A stretch of 54,896 nucleotides of DNA, filler included, from Piptocephalis cylindrospora (taxonomy: Eukaryota): the NCBI GenBank assembly GCA_003614145.1. It is 2 parts of 2 records of this genome, joined end to end, with 100 filler letters (N's around TTAATTAATTAA, not from the genome) between each part and the next. Parts side by side here need not be neighbours in the genome. Positions count along the whole stretch, not along the records: positions 1 to 27,450 come from KZ987768.1; positions 27,551 to 54,896 come from KZ987769.1. The stretch is one strand, 5' to 3'. Below are positions 25,192 to 37,571 of the stretch, one piece after another. The notes under the pieces are model-generated. The model had not been told where the DNA came from and did no database searches. It saw only the letters and a program-made list of their open reading frames with translations. Numbering within the stretch: position 1 is the first letter of the stretch; the number at the start of each line of letters is the position of its first letter. Position numbers and translations under genes: made by a program.

Positions 25192-26789
25192 TTGGGAGCA
25201 GCTGGGAGGTTGTGCGTGTGTGTTAAATATACCAAGGGAATTTATTCCTCCTTTTCTGCGGATCATGTGTATGGATGGTGCATGTTTGTTGATATATGAG
25301 AGGATGGGTGGGGAGGTAAGGGAGGGAAAGGAGGCGCACGTATTACTGTCGGACGGGGATGAGACTCAAAGGCCTTTTAGGGGATAGGAAGGGATACGGG
25401 AATAGTGAAGGATGGGATGATGCTTAGGGAGAGAGGAGGGGCGGGTGTTACCAGTCGGCTGACTGCCCCTGACCCGGTCCCCTTCTTCCCCCACCCTATG
25501 ATGCAAGAAGGGGTGTCCGATAGACCATTCTTCCCCACGTGAAGGGGCGTGGGGGGGGGATCAGGGTGCTGGAATCCTGCCATGGTACAGGAAGGAAGGA
25601 GTTGACGGAAGGGGACGAAGGGGTAGGTCCTGCGCAAGAGGGAATCATGCCAGACTCGCCTGAATGGCCAGGTGTGTATAGGCTTGGGTCTCCTGGTCTC
25701 CATCTTGGATCATCCTTCTTGATATGTCCATGCACCAAACACATACAGCCTGACCTACCCCGCATCCTCATATATCGAGGACTATAGGGTCCATGAGTCG
25801 GGTTATTATCGTTATCATTATCACCATTTGAGGAGGATGCAGGGCTGGTGAGACGAGCCGTCCTTGCGCCAAAGTCAATCCATCTAACTGGCAAGTACCA
25901 TTCCATCACCAGTTCTTGTCGTCCGGTGAGGACGGGGATATTTGCCACCTAAATTAAGGAAAAATGATGACGGGGAACTGTTCCAGACACCCGCAAAATT
26001 CTCCGCTCCCGTCTGCCTTGTCCATGCCATCGACCATGTGAGAAGAGTGCAAGAAGTGGGGGGATGACCATGTCGAGTAGGACAGAGACTGGGTTTCCGT
26101 TCCAAGGCCGGCCAATCGTCCCGTCCTTTCTATCCCACGCACCCAGTATCTATCCTACTTGGCGTGTCTTGCTCTGCCTTGCCTCACCCTCATCCTCTCT
26201 CCATCTGAAGGAATGGATCAGGAAACGGTTGGGTTCTTCCATTACTAGAGCCAGAAGAGGGCATGAGCAGCGGTAAGCGAGGGCATGAGGCCGTCCATGT
26301 TGCTCTATCCTCCACGTTCAAGGCCATCTCTGATTCTCTTTAGACCTAAATGATGCTGTTCTCGTTAAAATGAGGATCTTTCCTGTCTCATCACTCCATG
26401 GGGGGTGGGATGGGTAGTCGGAGGATGCGATGCGGTGCAGAACGCAGCTCTCTCACACTCATTCCTTTGGCCCTCTCACTGCTTGTCTCCCAAGAGGCCC
26501 CGGATTCTTTCCCTATCATCGCGGCCGTCTGGTCCGTTCAGTATGTGCTGGTTGTACGGATGTGTGTGTCTGGGATGAGGAGGAGGCTTATCCCCAGGTT
26601 CGTATTCCGCCCTATCTTATCCCCTTGCTCCTCCAGGCTATGTATACTTTAGATTGTGTGCGAGAGAAAGGATGAGAGTGAGAGACAATGTACCCGCCCT
26701 ATCTATCCCCCTCCCTTCCCTGTATGGGAGAGGGGATACAATCATGCCTTTCTCCTGACTACAAGCCGCGCCCATAAAATCCTCAGGGC

Positions 26790-26916
26790 CTCACACACAC
26801 ACACACATACACATACACATACACACAAAAGGGGGCAGTATCATCGACGCTCTCGCCTCCACAAATGCTCCGGGGGACGAGTACGATGGTATGGTATGGT
26901 ATGGTAATGGTATGGT
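26790..26916 (+). repeat. Microsatellites: (CA)n/(CACATA)n and (TGGTA)n
   Basis: cacacacacacacatacacatacacatacacaca at about 26792-26826; tggtatggtatggtatggtaatggtatggt at about 26887-26916. Confidence 0.8.
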
Positions 26917-27450
26917 GTAGATAGTGGGGGTAACGGGCAGTAGGCAGATAGAGTGGGTAATATGAGTACACAGGTGGGATGAGTTACCCCACTCCCTTCC
27001 CTCCTGCTCCCTTCTCCAAATTGACCAACCATACATCTCCTCACCCCTTGCCTGCCCTCACACTCCATATATCTCCCATCCACCCGGCTACTACCCGTCC
27101 ACACTACGTTTCACCACCCAGAGACTCACCCATTTCCCCATATCCCAATCATCTCCCCCGGAAACCCTAAATCATCCACACACACACACATTGTGTACCA
27201 CCAACCCCATTCACTTACTCAAACCCATCATGGCCACTACCTTTTCACCTCCCCTTTTTAGGCCTCATCTCCTCCGAGTTACCCACTCATCCTCTGTCTC
27301 TCCACCCTTGCGCTTTTACACCCTCTCCCCCGCTCGCCCATCCGCCTGTCCGTTTGTCGATTCGCCTACTCCTCCTCATACCCCGACCCATCATTTCTTG
27401 ACCATTTCAGCTGATCTCCATCCACTCATCCGCTTGTCCACCCATCTCTC

Positions 27451-27550
27451 NNNNNNNNNNNNNNNNNNNNNNNNNNNNNNNNNNNNNNNNNNNNTTAATT
27501 AATTAANNNNNNNNNNNNNNNNNNNNNNNNNNNNNNNNNNNNNNNNNNNN
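27451..27550. other. Artificial assembly spacer: 100 nt of N with TTAATTAATTAA (stops in all six frames) in the middle
   Basis: N44-TTAATTAATTAA (27495-27506)-N44. Confidence 0.95.
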
Positions 27551-27552
27551 AT

Positions 27553-27810
27553 GGTGGGGCCTCTGAGGACGAGGAAAAGAAGAAAGACGAGGAGTATTTA
27601 AGGCAGCAGAGGGAGGCAGACGATAATAAGAAGGCAGAAGAGGAGAAGAAGGCAGATGAGGAGAAGAAGAAGGCAGATGAGAGGAAGAATGATGTATATG
27701 AGAATAATAAGAGGGAAGAAGAGGAGGAGAAGAAGAAGGCAGAAGAGGAGGGGAGGCCCGAAAAAGAATGCTATATGCAACTAGATGGGAAATGCCTCTT
27801 TTTACGTTGA
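27553..27810 (+). CDS. 5'-truncated CDS fragment, K/E-rich low-complexity repeats
   Basis: Open frame from the gap: GGASEDEEKKKDEEYLRQQREADDNKKAEEEKKADEEKKKADERK...EEEEEKKKAEEEGRPEKECYMQLDGKCLFLR* (TGA 27808-27810). Confidence 0.55.
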   Translation, partial: GGASEDEEKKKDEEYLRQQREADDNKKAEEEKKADEEKKKADERKNDVYENNKREEEEEKKKAEEEGRPEKECYMQLDGKCLFLR

Positions 27811-28514
27811 TTATTCATCAAATACCTCCCATGATGAATGATGCGCGGCAGCCTCACTTCATCCTGGGTATATCCCGTCAATCCATGGTATGATATCCAA
27901 GGGCATGTGAGGTGTAGTTTCTGCATGAGTATCCTCGTACTGAAAGCTAGTCTACATAGCCCATCTCATGTACCCAGCTTTCAGATTCCTTTCTGGATGA
28001 AATACAATGCTTTCTTGATCCTCCCTCCAGCTTTTGACTCGAGTTCATGTGATAAGGGTGATTGGGATAGACAAAGTGAAGAGTATAACTATCTCGATTG
28101 ATGATTAGAGTATTGAGGTGGCGATCAGTACTATTATACAACAAGGGGCAGTATTCTTCAAGCTATCATTGATCCTTCAAGGCCAAGGGTCTTTGGCACT
28201 AAGACGCCCAAACATCAATCCTTGGCTGAGTACAGGTTCATACATATTGGCTGATGACCTCTACCTCAGAGTAGAACCATGATTGAGAAAACTCTTCGTA
28301 TTAGCTGTGAGGAATTCATCATTCTTGTATCGGTATTCTGCTTATTCTTGTAAAGTCCTAGGGCATAGTAACGTCACCCTAATTGAATGGTTGGGCAGCT
28401 ACTTTTGAAAAGCTATCAAAAATACATTTATTTTAAATTTGACCTCCAGTGACCTAGAAATGTGGGGGATGACACGCACAATTTCTCCGACAGAGAGGTG
28501 GTGTATACGCGTAG

Positions 28515-29637
<1,123 letters not shown>

Positions 29638-30951
29638 GAGGATGAGTGAGCTGTGGGGATATGGTGGGGAGAACAATGCTGGTTTTCACATGAGTTATTG
29701 CTTCTATTTTTGTTGTTTGTTACTTGACCTTTATACCAATGACGTTTGTTGGAAGCTATCATGCACAATGAAAAAAAGAGTTCCATCCACCAAGTACCGT
29801 TGTATTATTATTACTTTGACTATACGCCCTTGGGCGGGTACATGACAATCTGGTAGAGGGAGACAATGAACATAAATATGGCCAGGAGGATACAAGAGGC
29901 TAGGACGGTCTATGCGCAGGTGGGATAAGGGTAAGCAAAAAGGGTCCCTCATTGTACTTTGATCTGTTCCCATCTCACGCTTACCTTGGAGATACAACAA
30001 GAATCTGTTGGAAACGGGCAGAGCTGACCGGACGAGGGCTGAGGATCCCAGTGATACTGTGCATACTCTTCCTCTCCTCGTCCCATCTCTACGGCAACGT
30101 ACTCGGCTTGCCTAGAGGGCAACGGCATGGAGTAGAGAGGAGGGAGGGGGAGAGAAAGGATATAGTGTGTGGGGAGGGAAGAGAGAGAGGGGATATCGAG
30201 AGAGGGTGTCAAAAGGGGCTTGTACCTACCACATCTAGCAAGAATGGGCTTCTAAAGTGTGAAAGCTCGTCAGCTTTATGCAGTGTCGGTTTCAGCGGAA
30301 AGTGGTTGCATCACCTAAGATGAACTAGAACTGAATTGAACTGTTATATGGTAGGTGAACGTCAGTATCCTGACTTTCGGTCTTCAGTCCTCTCTAAAGC
30401 GTTAGACTGATACACCAACATTCCCCAAAATTTAATTGTTATGTACACCCATTGAAAGTGCTTTAAGAACAGCTGTACCTAACTTTATTTTGTATTCCTG
30501 GATACTGTTGCCCTATGGATGATGGGTAGAGATGCGCTCTAAGCCATTCTCACCGTGAGACCGGGTCCCAACTTATATCACTCCTTGTGTTATCAGCATA
30601 GTTTCCGATTATAAACGCGTCGATATTGGGATTTTAAAGGACACATCCATTTAGTCCTCTAATCCTATGGTGTATGGGATAGGAGATGTATATCTTAAGC
30701 CACCGATCAACACAAGCAAGCAATCAAGAAAGACACATGATGAGGGCGGGATGAGCACAAAGAATATAAAAAAAGGGAGAGATGATTGTCACGCCCTCAT
30801 CATTTATCTCATAAATCCTACTTCTCCGATCCACCCTCGCTCTATGCACCGATCCTCCCCCTTCAGTCCAGATCAGAGGGGAGGATGACACGGAAAGAGA
30901 GAGACGCATCCTCCCAGGAGAGGGAGGGGATCCAAGAGAGCAACAGCAGCT

Positions 30952-31812
30952 CTAGTTCTCAAAGACAAGGGAGAGGCCGACCTTATGGGCATTCTCCTGG
31001 AGCTTGCCAGTGTCAAAGGTACCGGCAAGGTTGAGCTTGACACCAGGCCGGAGAAGCTGGGCGTAGGCGAGGGAGAGCTTGCCAAAGTTGTCGATGCGAG
31101 CCTTGATGGAGGCATCAGCATCGAGCTTGTACTTGGTACCGACGTCGATGCCGACGGGGCCTCCGGGGACCTTGGAGTCCCAGTGGACCTTACCACCGAC
31201 CTCGACCTGGGGGGAGACACGGTGGTAGTAGGCACCGGTGAAGACGGAGAGGGAGGAGTGGGCATGGACGGAGAAGACGTAGTCCTTCTCGATGAAGCCG
31301 GCGGCAGCGGCGTACTTGGTGACCTTGCCTGAGACAACGTCGTAGCTGACCTCACTACCGAGGACGAGGTTACGCTGGAGGCCAAAGGAGACATCACCGG
31401 TGAAGGTGGGACCCTTGAAGAGATCGACGTTGGCGCGGGAGAAGAGACCGGGCTGCTTGTACTCGGTGGCGACCTTGGCGTTACGCTTTCCTGAGTCGGG
31501 GAGGAAGGAGCCATTGAGCTCGAGCTTGAGTCCGGAGGCCACCTTGTTGGCCAACTCCACCTTGGTGGACAGGACGTTGGTGGCAGACCAGCCTTGGGTC
31601 AGGGTGAGTCCGTTGGCCTTGTCGGTGAACTTGGTCTTGAGCTCGCCAAAAACGTGGCCGTTCTTGTTGTCCTGGTGGCCCAGCACGGTGAACTTGACAC
31701 CGGTCGGCGTCACTGTGTTGACCTCGAGCTTGACCTGTCCGGTGGGGAAGTCCTTGAAGAGGAGGTCGTTGGAGGCCTTGCCAATATCAGAGTAGGCGGG
31801 GGGAACGGACAT
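30952..31812 (-). CDS. POR1: Mitochondrial outer-membrane porin (VDAC)
   Basis: Intronless 286 aa; MSVPPAYSDIGKASNDLLFKDF N-terminal helix, alternating beta-strand pattern, C-terminal HKVGLSLVFE; strong C/G third-position bias. Confidence 0.97.
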   Translation of the reverse strand: MSVPPAYSDIGKASNDLLFKDFPTGQVKLEVNTVTPTGVKFTVLGHQDNKNGHVFGELKTKFTDKANGLTLTQGWSATNVLSTKVELANKVASGLKLELNGSFLPDSGKRNAKVATEYKQPGLFSRANVDLFKGPTFTGDVSFGLQRNLVLGSEVSYDVVSGKVTKYAAAAGFIEKDYVFSVHAHSSLSVFTGAYYHRVSPQVEVGGKVHWDSKVPGGPVGIDVGTKYKLDADASIKARIDNFGKLSLAYAQLLRPGVKLNLAGTFDTGKLQENAHKVGLSLVFEN

Positions 31813-33274
31813 GGTGAATGGTGGATAGGTGAGGGAGGGGGAAGAGGATGGGCTGGGCTGAGGAAGGGTAGATAGTGGGTGGTGGGGGAGGAAGCAAAAA
31901 GGAGAGAAGGAAGGGCAGTGGGGAGAGGGGGGGAGAGAGGCGCCTAGATGGGGTTCAGCAGCAGGATGAGCTCAGTTAGAGTGAGTGATTGGGGTGGGGA
32001 GATACTCGGCAGTTGACCCGATGCCCTGGTGCTCCAGGGTAATACTGGGAGACTAGGGCGGGAAATCCCTTTGGTAAATGAGAGGCAGGAGGTCAGAAAA
32101 GGGGAGGGGATGAATGAGTGTTGGGAAAATAAAATCCAGCGCGTGTCTGCGCGGTCCTTTAAATTGGGGTGAGAGTGTGGGAGGAGGGACGAACAGAGGC
32201 TGATGGGATGAGGGAGGCCCCCCAAACCCAAGTTGGATGGATAACGTGATGAGGTGCATTGGTGGGTGCACATTGGGGAATATGGCCAAGGGGCTAGAGG
32301 TCATGAGGGAATGATTGATCGTGATAATTTGTAGAAGAGTCCCTGTTGTCGGGACATTCAATAGCACTATTATTATTAAATGGGGGGAAATGTACAGACT
32401 GACTAAATGAGGCGATTATTGTGTTCGGATGTCTTTAATTGATGGTTTCTCCAGGGCATGGTGGGCTATAGGTGTCTGTAGTACCTAGAAGAGGATTACT
32501 AGCAGGGTACACGTCGAGGACAATGTCCTTGGTACCACGCAAGCCCGCCTAGGCGGGTAATGCGTTCGGATACTCTGTAGCCTGCCCCATGAGGGAAAAT
32601 AAACCGGTTTCATCATCATCACCATGTTGGTATCAAAAATGGCATCATCGTTGTCATCATCGTCAAGGATTTGGTTGGGAAACTTCCATTCGGTTCTACT
32701 TCCAAAAATCCAATCTTTGCTATGATCCTCTCATTCTATCATCTTCCAAGATCGTCAGGGCTTGAGCCTAGTCTTCTGGCTATTGGATACACACTTTGAT
32801 GTATTTATCGAGATGTTCTGCGGATCGTGTCAAGTTCATCCGAGGCAGCGCTCAGGTCTGATTTAAAGTACGAATTGCGGATGCTGATGAGGGCCAAGGG
32901 GAGAGCGGCCATTGAAAGAGGAGCGATGAAAAATGGGAGAGGATAGGAGGGATCGGAAGATTCATGGAGAAAGCGACGATATTGTGAGGAATAGCCTCTG
33001 AATATATTCAAACTTAATCTGGGGACTTTTAGGAAAAAAGAAAGATCGTGATCTTCCTCAATACATTTCGCTATTTCCTACTACGTTGTTGTGGGGATAG
33101 GAGACTGTTCACTATATTATTACTCTCGCAGACAGTCGTTCCACTTTCGACCCTAGGATCATCGGCATATTCCTCTCGCGCATTAGACTATGTCAGCAGC
33201 ACCCACTGTGCCATACCCTGTCTCTAGCGCAGGAAGTATGGGGCGGGATTCAGGAATCCCTAGAGCCGATATCG

Positions 33275-33811
33275 TCACTGAGGCTCGATGGTATTAATTT
33301 TCGCTCGCCTTCCATGGGTAGGTTCCTTCAGATGGAATCTGGAGGGCCTCCACTTCTTCCCAAACCACTCCTTTTCGTCACTAGTCAGGAGAGCGTAATA
33401 CTTGCAAAACTTATTACTTTCTCTCTTGTAATCTTTCTCGTAAGCCTCCACCTGAGCTTGCATTGCAGACAAGTCCGTAGCCCACCGGTCCAATTCATTT
33501 TCTGATGGGGGAGCGTGCCCAGGGCAACGGTGCGGCTTATGGATGACGTGCGACTCACATTTCTTCTGAGCCGATTCTCACTCTTTGTGTGTCTTGGTCA
33601 TGACGTTCCAATTTCTCTTCCGCTTCTCCGGCTGCTCCTGCTGATCGTCATCCCCAACTTCCCCGCGCACTGCAAATAACAAAGCTTGGTTCATCAGATC
33701 CTTGAATCCGCCCGGCCCATTCCATCAGATTGAAGGGCTGCTTTCCGTCGTGGGAAGCGCTACCCCCAGCATTCCAACGATCCCTAAGAGGATGTAGTTC
33801 GTTATGTGCAT
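33275..33811 (-). pseudogene. Stop-interrupted gene for a putative secreted protein
   Basis: Single frame from ATG 33811: MHITNYILLGIVGMLGVALPTTESSPSI*WNGPGGFKDLMNQALL...TKTHKE*ESAQKKC...ELDRWATDL...NTIEPQ*; in-frame TGA at 33725-33727 and 33578-33580; further broken coding-like fragments continue to about 32500. Confidence 0.55.
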
Positions 33812-34482
33812 ACTTATGGCAAGGTCGTATTTCTTTCGTTAGTAGCCCTTGTCGTTATTACTTGGGGAGAATGTTTTGATGTGATTTTTGTGTTGGTTTT
33901 TTGTTTGTGATACGATCGTCAATAGATTGGGCTTTTCTTGATGGAGAGAAGAAGAGGACAGCAGCATTGAAGCCTTAGGACAGCACAAGAGGGATAGCAA
34001 AAGGGAAGGTTCTTCGCTCCGCCTGCATCTTTAGTATTCACTCTGCACATGCCAGAGGAGCACGCTAATTCATATTGGAGTCAGAGTAGACACAAAGGAA
34101 ATAGGGTGAGTGGGGTGGTGGTGACAAAATCCTTTTTATTGGCCTAGGTACGGACTTGCCAAGCACATGGTGTGCTCGTGGTAAAGACTGAACTCTATAC
34201 TAGAGGGCTGGTGGGCGCCAGAGACTGAGCTGATACAAGCGGATTCTATGCAATGTGGATGCGATCTCCGCTTACACTCTAAAACTGCTCTGATGGTGTA
34301 CAATGCTCTCTTCTTCCCCCCAAACCAGCTGCGACCCTCTTTTGCACGTGTGTATAACGTGTGAATCGATTTGAATTGTTAAAGTAATGCCACGCCCCGT
34401 CGCCTTTGCATGCTCTTCATATCTATGGGACCCATCGTCTGCTAGCTCAGTGGATATCAGTATCTCACGGGGTTCCTCCAGC

Positions 34483-34489
34483 TATAAAA
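34483..34489 (+). promoter_or_regulatory. TATA box candidate for the 34667 gene
   Basis: TATAAAA about 180 nt upstream of the ATG, followed by a pyrimidine-rich leader. Confidence 0.45.
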
Positions 34490-34666
34490 CACCCATGCCC
34501 ATGCCCTATTATCTATTTGCCACCGACCTTCAGCTCTACCTCAAAACTCTCCTCGCCTCAATTATACTGCGATAGTGTCTCCATCCTCTTTCCCTTAACG
34601 CTTTTCTGTGCACGATCAACGTGATATCTTCCCTTCTACCCCTGGAACTACCTTGATTTTCCGCTG

Positions 34667-35563
34667 ATGAATCTCATTCTAACGACTTCCATCCTACTTG
34701 CCGCCTTTAGCGTGTCAAGCTCTCTCGCCGAGAAATCATTGGCCGATTGGACCACCGAGGCGGAAGATATTTTTATCAAATTCTACGGTAAGACCTCTAC
34801 CTATAAGGCCTCCCTCGAACTGGAGAAGGGAATCAGATTCTCTCATGGACTCCAAGGGCTAAGTGGGGTAAATGATGACGGCACGACAAAATTTACCCTG
34901 CTCCAAAAGGACCTTAAGGCTAGATCGTCCGCGGGGATTCATAATACTCATCGAGGCTTTTACGTCGTCGGGAATCATCGCGCCGCCTACCCTCAGCTTT
35001 ATACTAAGCCCGAAGACCCTGGCATGTCTCTCCTTAATCTCCTTTACCTCCCTGAGCGCCCTATTTATAATGGTGTCACACTCACTACCAAAGATATCGA
35101 TATGCTTAACTCCATGAAGACCTATACGCAGGAGTGTATCGCCGACCGCAAGTGCTTGGATGAAATTCTTCACGTGCAAGAGAAGGCCTTTAGCAAGGCG
35201 ATCGTAGAGCGCAGAAAGGCCGGCATTGACGAAAAACTGCTCGAGGAGTATGAAAAGCGATTTAAAGAGGACAAGGAGGTCATTCTCCATGGTGACAAAA
35301 AACGCCACATCCCCCGTCTCGATGGGTCTCACGTCAAGTTGTATCTCCATCTCCATCCTAACCACGGTATTGGCCAGCTAGTCGTTCATGTAGTGGCTAC
35401 CCATCCCGCGATGCGGACCAACACTCTCCATGACCATAAGAACTTCCCCATCGATGCCATCATCCACGCCATTAAATCTCCTAGAGTGCAGGAGGCTCGT
35501 GAGAAAGCTTTGGGCGATATCGGCCCCCTTACTCGCCCCTCAAGCCCCCGTCTTCACAGATGA
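34667..35563 (+). CDS. Secreted HIT-like (histidine-triad fold, HINT3/DcpS-like) protein with degenerate triad
   Basis: Intronless 298 aa; signal peptide MNLILTTSILLAAFSVSSSLA; NLLYLPERPIYNGVTLTTKDIDMLNSM resembles the HIT 'H.LV.PK.HI.....L...D..L+..M' segment; VKLYLHLHPNHGIGQLVVHVV matches the 'FH.PP..S+.HLH+HV' segment with Q and V in place of two His. Confidence 0.7.
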   Translation: MNLILTTSILLAAFSVSSSLAEKSLADWTTEAEDIFIKFYGKTSTYKASLELEKGIRFSHGLQGLSGVNDDGTTKFTLLQKDLKARSSAGIHNTHRGFYVVGNHRAAYPQLYTKPEDPGMSLLNLLYLPERPIYNGVTLTTKDIDMLNSMKTYTQECIADRKCLDEILHVQEKAFSKAIVERRKAGIDEKLLEEYEKRFKEDKEVILHGDKKRHIPRLDGSHVKLYLHLHPNHGIGQLVVHVVATHPAMRTNTLHDHKNFPIDAIIHAIKSPRVQEAREKALGDIGPLTRPSSPRLHR

Positions 35564-36809
35564 ACACCAGGCCTTTTCTTATCCCCTCTAAATGATCTTT
35601 TCCTCAGTGCTGACGTTACCTACCCAAGACGATGGGTGTGAACGTATGGCGACAGGTTCAAACCACGACCTTCCCAAATCCAAATAAACATGATATTTTC
35701 TCTCCCTTAGGATCTGACCCCATGATACTATGGATGGGATGAGTCCCAACAGTGTTATTATCCTTTTCAGAGTACATGGGCAGCATTGTGTCCACATGAC
35801 GGCCTCAGCTCCCAATGTACATGTCTTCCTTGTCTCAACTGACTCGTTCACTCGCTCTCCCTGGTTGTCAGTATGCCAAGTGACTTGGCCATGTTCTATC
35901 TCCTTGAACTACTCAATGGCTCGAACCTTCCAGCAGGTGGATTCGCCATGATCATCCCCCTCTCTCATCATGGGGTCATCCTTGCTCTTTTCTGTTCATG
36001 GGTCTACCCTTTCATCACCTCTCCTGCTGATCATCCGCATCCCCTGTCACGTCTTTCTCCATCCCATCCGCTCCTCATTATCCCCCTTTTCTTGTATAGC
36101 CCATCCCTTTCTCTGCACATGCTATCTTCTTTTTTCATGTAAACTATCTCTATTTTCCCACCCATGCTCATGTGCCCCATCCTCTCATGAGAAATCCTCC
36201 CATCCTTCGTCACCAATACATCCACTCTCATCTCCTCTTAGCTTTTCCTCATTGATCTTGATCTCCGACTCCAAAAAAAACATCATCCTCTCTCACCCTC
36301 TTATACCCTTTTATCTTACAGGGCAAGCCACTCATTGGCCACAAGCTCCGTTCCCCTAGGCTCATCCACACCCCGCGGAAGGCCCTAACTCCTTTTTATC
36401 CGGCTGGTGAGAGATAAGTGCCTGCCTCCTTCCCCCCTTCTCCCCCGACAGGGGCCCTGATATATCGCGTACTAGGATGGCATGTGCAAAGACGAGACTA
36501 TCTCTGGAGGATGTGGGTGGCTAGTTGTGTGTACCCGCGTCTACAGCCCAGTCCAGATTTTACCACCTTATCAGGATTTGTCTGAAATTCCCCTCCCATG
36601 TCCCTTTTTTACCTATCCAACACAACTGGTCTCTATGGCTTGTGTGTGCATTTATGTAAGTGCGAGTGTCGTAATGGCATCCGCTTCTCGTGCTCTTATA
36701 AAAGGACCTCTCCCCCACCCACGACAAATTGAACCTTCCCTCCTTTGGCACCCATCTCTCCCTCCCTTATTCTACATCTCCCTCCTTCTTTTACCCTTCC
36801 CGCGCAAAG

Positions 36810-37064
36810 ATGCTCCCTACCCAGGTTCTTCGTCAATCCCATGTCCATCGCCCCCTCATCCACTTTCTTGGAGCGAGGCGCCTTTTGAAGAACCAGAACC
36901 CCACCTCTCCTGCCTCCCAGGCCCCCACCACCACCGCTACTGCTCCCCCCGTCACCGGTGGCTCCCTCGAGCCTCTTCCTTCCAGCTACCGTCTTCCTCC
37001 AATGACCGAGGAGGAGATGGAGGCCATTGACCTTGGTGGCGCTTCCCTCATTCTTCGTAATTGA
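36810..37064 (+). CDS. KGD4: Alpha-ketoglutarate dehydrogenase adaptor Kgd4 / MRPS36
   Basis: 84 aa; N-terminal HRPLIHFLG, P/T/A linker, C-terminal LPSSYRLPPMTEEEMEAIDLGGA signature; TATAAAA at 36697-36703. Confidence 0.85.
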   Translation: MLPTQVLRQSHVHRPLIHFLGARRLLKNQNPTSPASQAPTTTATAPPVTGGSLEPLPSSYRLPPMTEEEMEAIDLGGASLILRN

Positions 37065-37193
37065 TGGGTCAGCTCCCCTCCCCCTCCTTTCCTTGTTTAC
37101 TCTTTCTCCTTGGGTGTGTCTAGCTCTTCTTGTGCCCCCGCCCCCTTCCCCCCGGGGGTGTTGGGTTGGACGCCAACTGTGTATGAATGGGGG

Positions 37194-37326
37194 NNNNNNN
37201 NNNTCTATCTGGCTGTCGTCCCCCTTGCCAACCCCCCCTCCCTCCCCCCCCCCCCCCCCCCCCCCCCCCCCCTTCTATCCGCGTGTTCTTGCACACGCAT
37301 GGATGTGTGTGTGTGTGTGCGTGTGT
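37194..37326. repeat. 10-N gap followed by poly-C tract and (GT)n
   Basis: N at 37194-37203; about 29 C at 37244-37272; gtgtgtgt... at about 37305-37326. Confidence 0.85.
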
Positions 37327-37571
37327 ATGTCCCAAAGAAATGACGAAAAATACCACCATTTCCTCCATATACCTTAATTCCCTTCTCCATGGATGTCAAT
37401 GAATCCAAGATAGAAAGAGAGAGGACGCAAAGCCATACTATAATCCATCCATCCGCGCACACCCATCCTCTCCCTTTCTCTCTCTCCTTCGTTCGTCACT
37501 TGATCGCTCTCCCCTATTACCCAGATAGTTTCTTCTAAAAACCCTACATCATCCCTATCCTCCCATCCCCG

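Noticed and set aside
25377..26700. Several short overlapping ORFs on both strands after the TM9 gene
   Set aside because: I could not join them into a consistent spliced frame or recognise a domain; left unannotated although a divergent gene is possible.
30873..31875. Long overlapping ORFs on both strands of the porin gene
   Set aside because: Expected from strong GC3 codon bias in a highly expressed gene; low-complexity translations.
34443..34482. TAGCTCAGTGG resembling a tRNA A-box with GGTTC nearby
   Set aside because: No proper B-box, spacing too short, no cloverleaf; same for TAGCTCAG near 40213.
35588..36480. Short ORFs and CT-rich tracts between the HIT-like gene and KGD4
   Set aside because: No coherent gene model and no C/D or H/ACA box arrangement that I could support.
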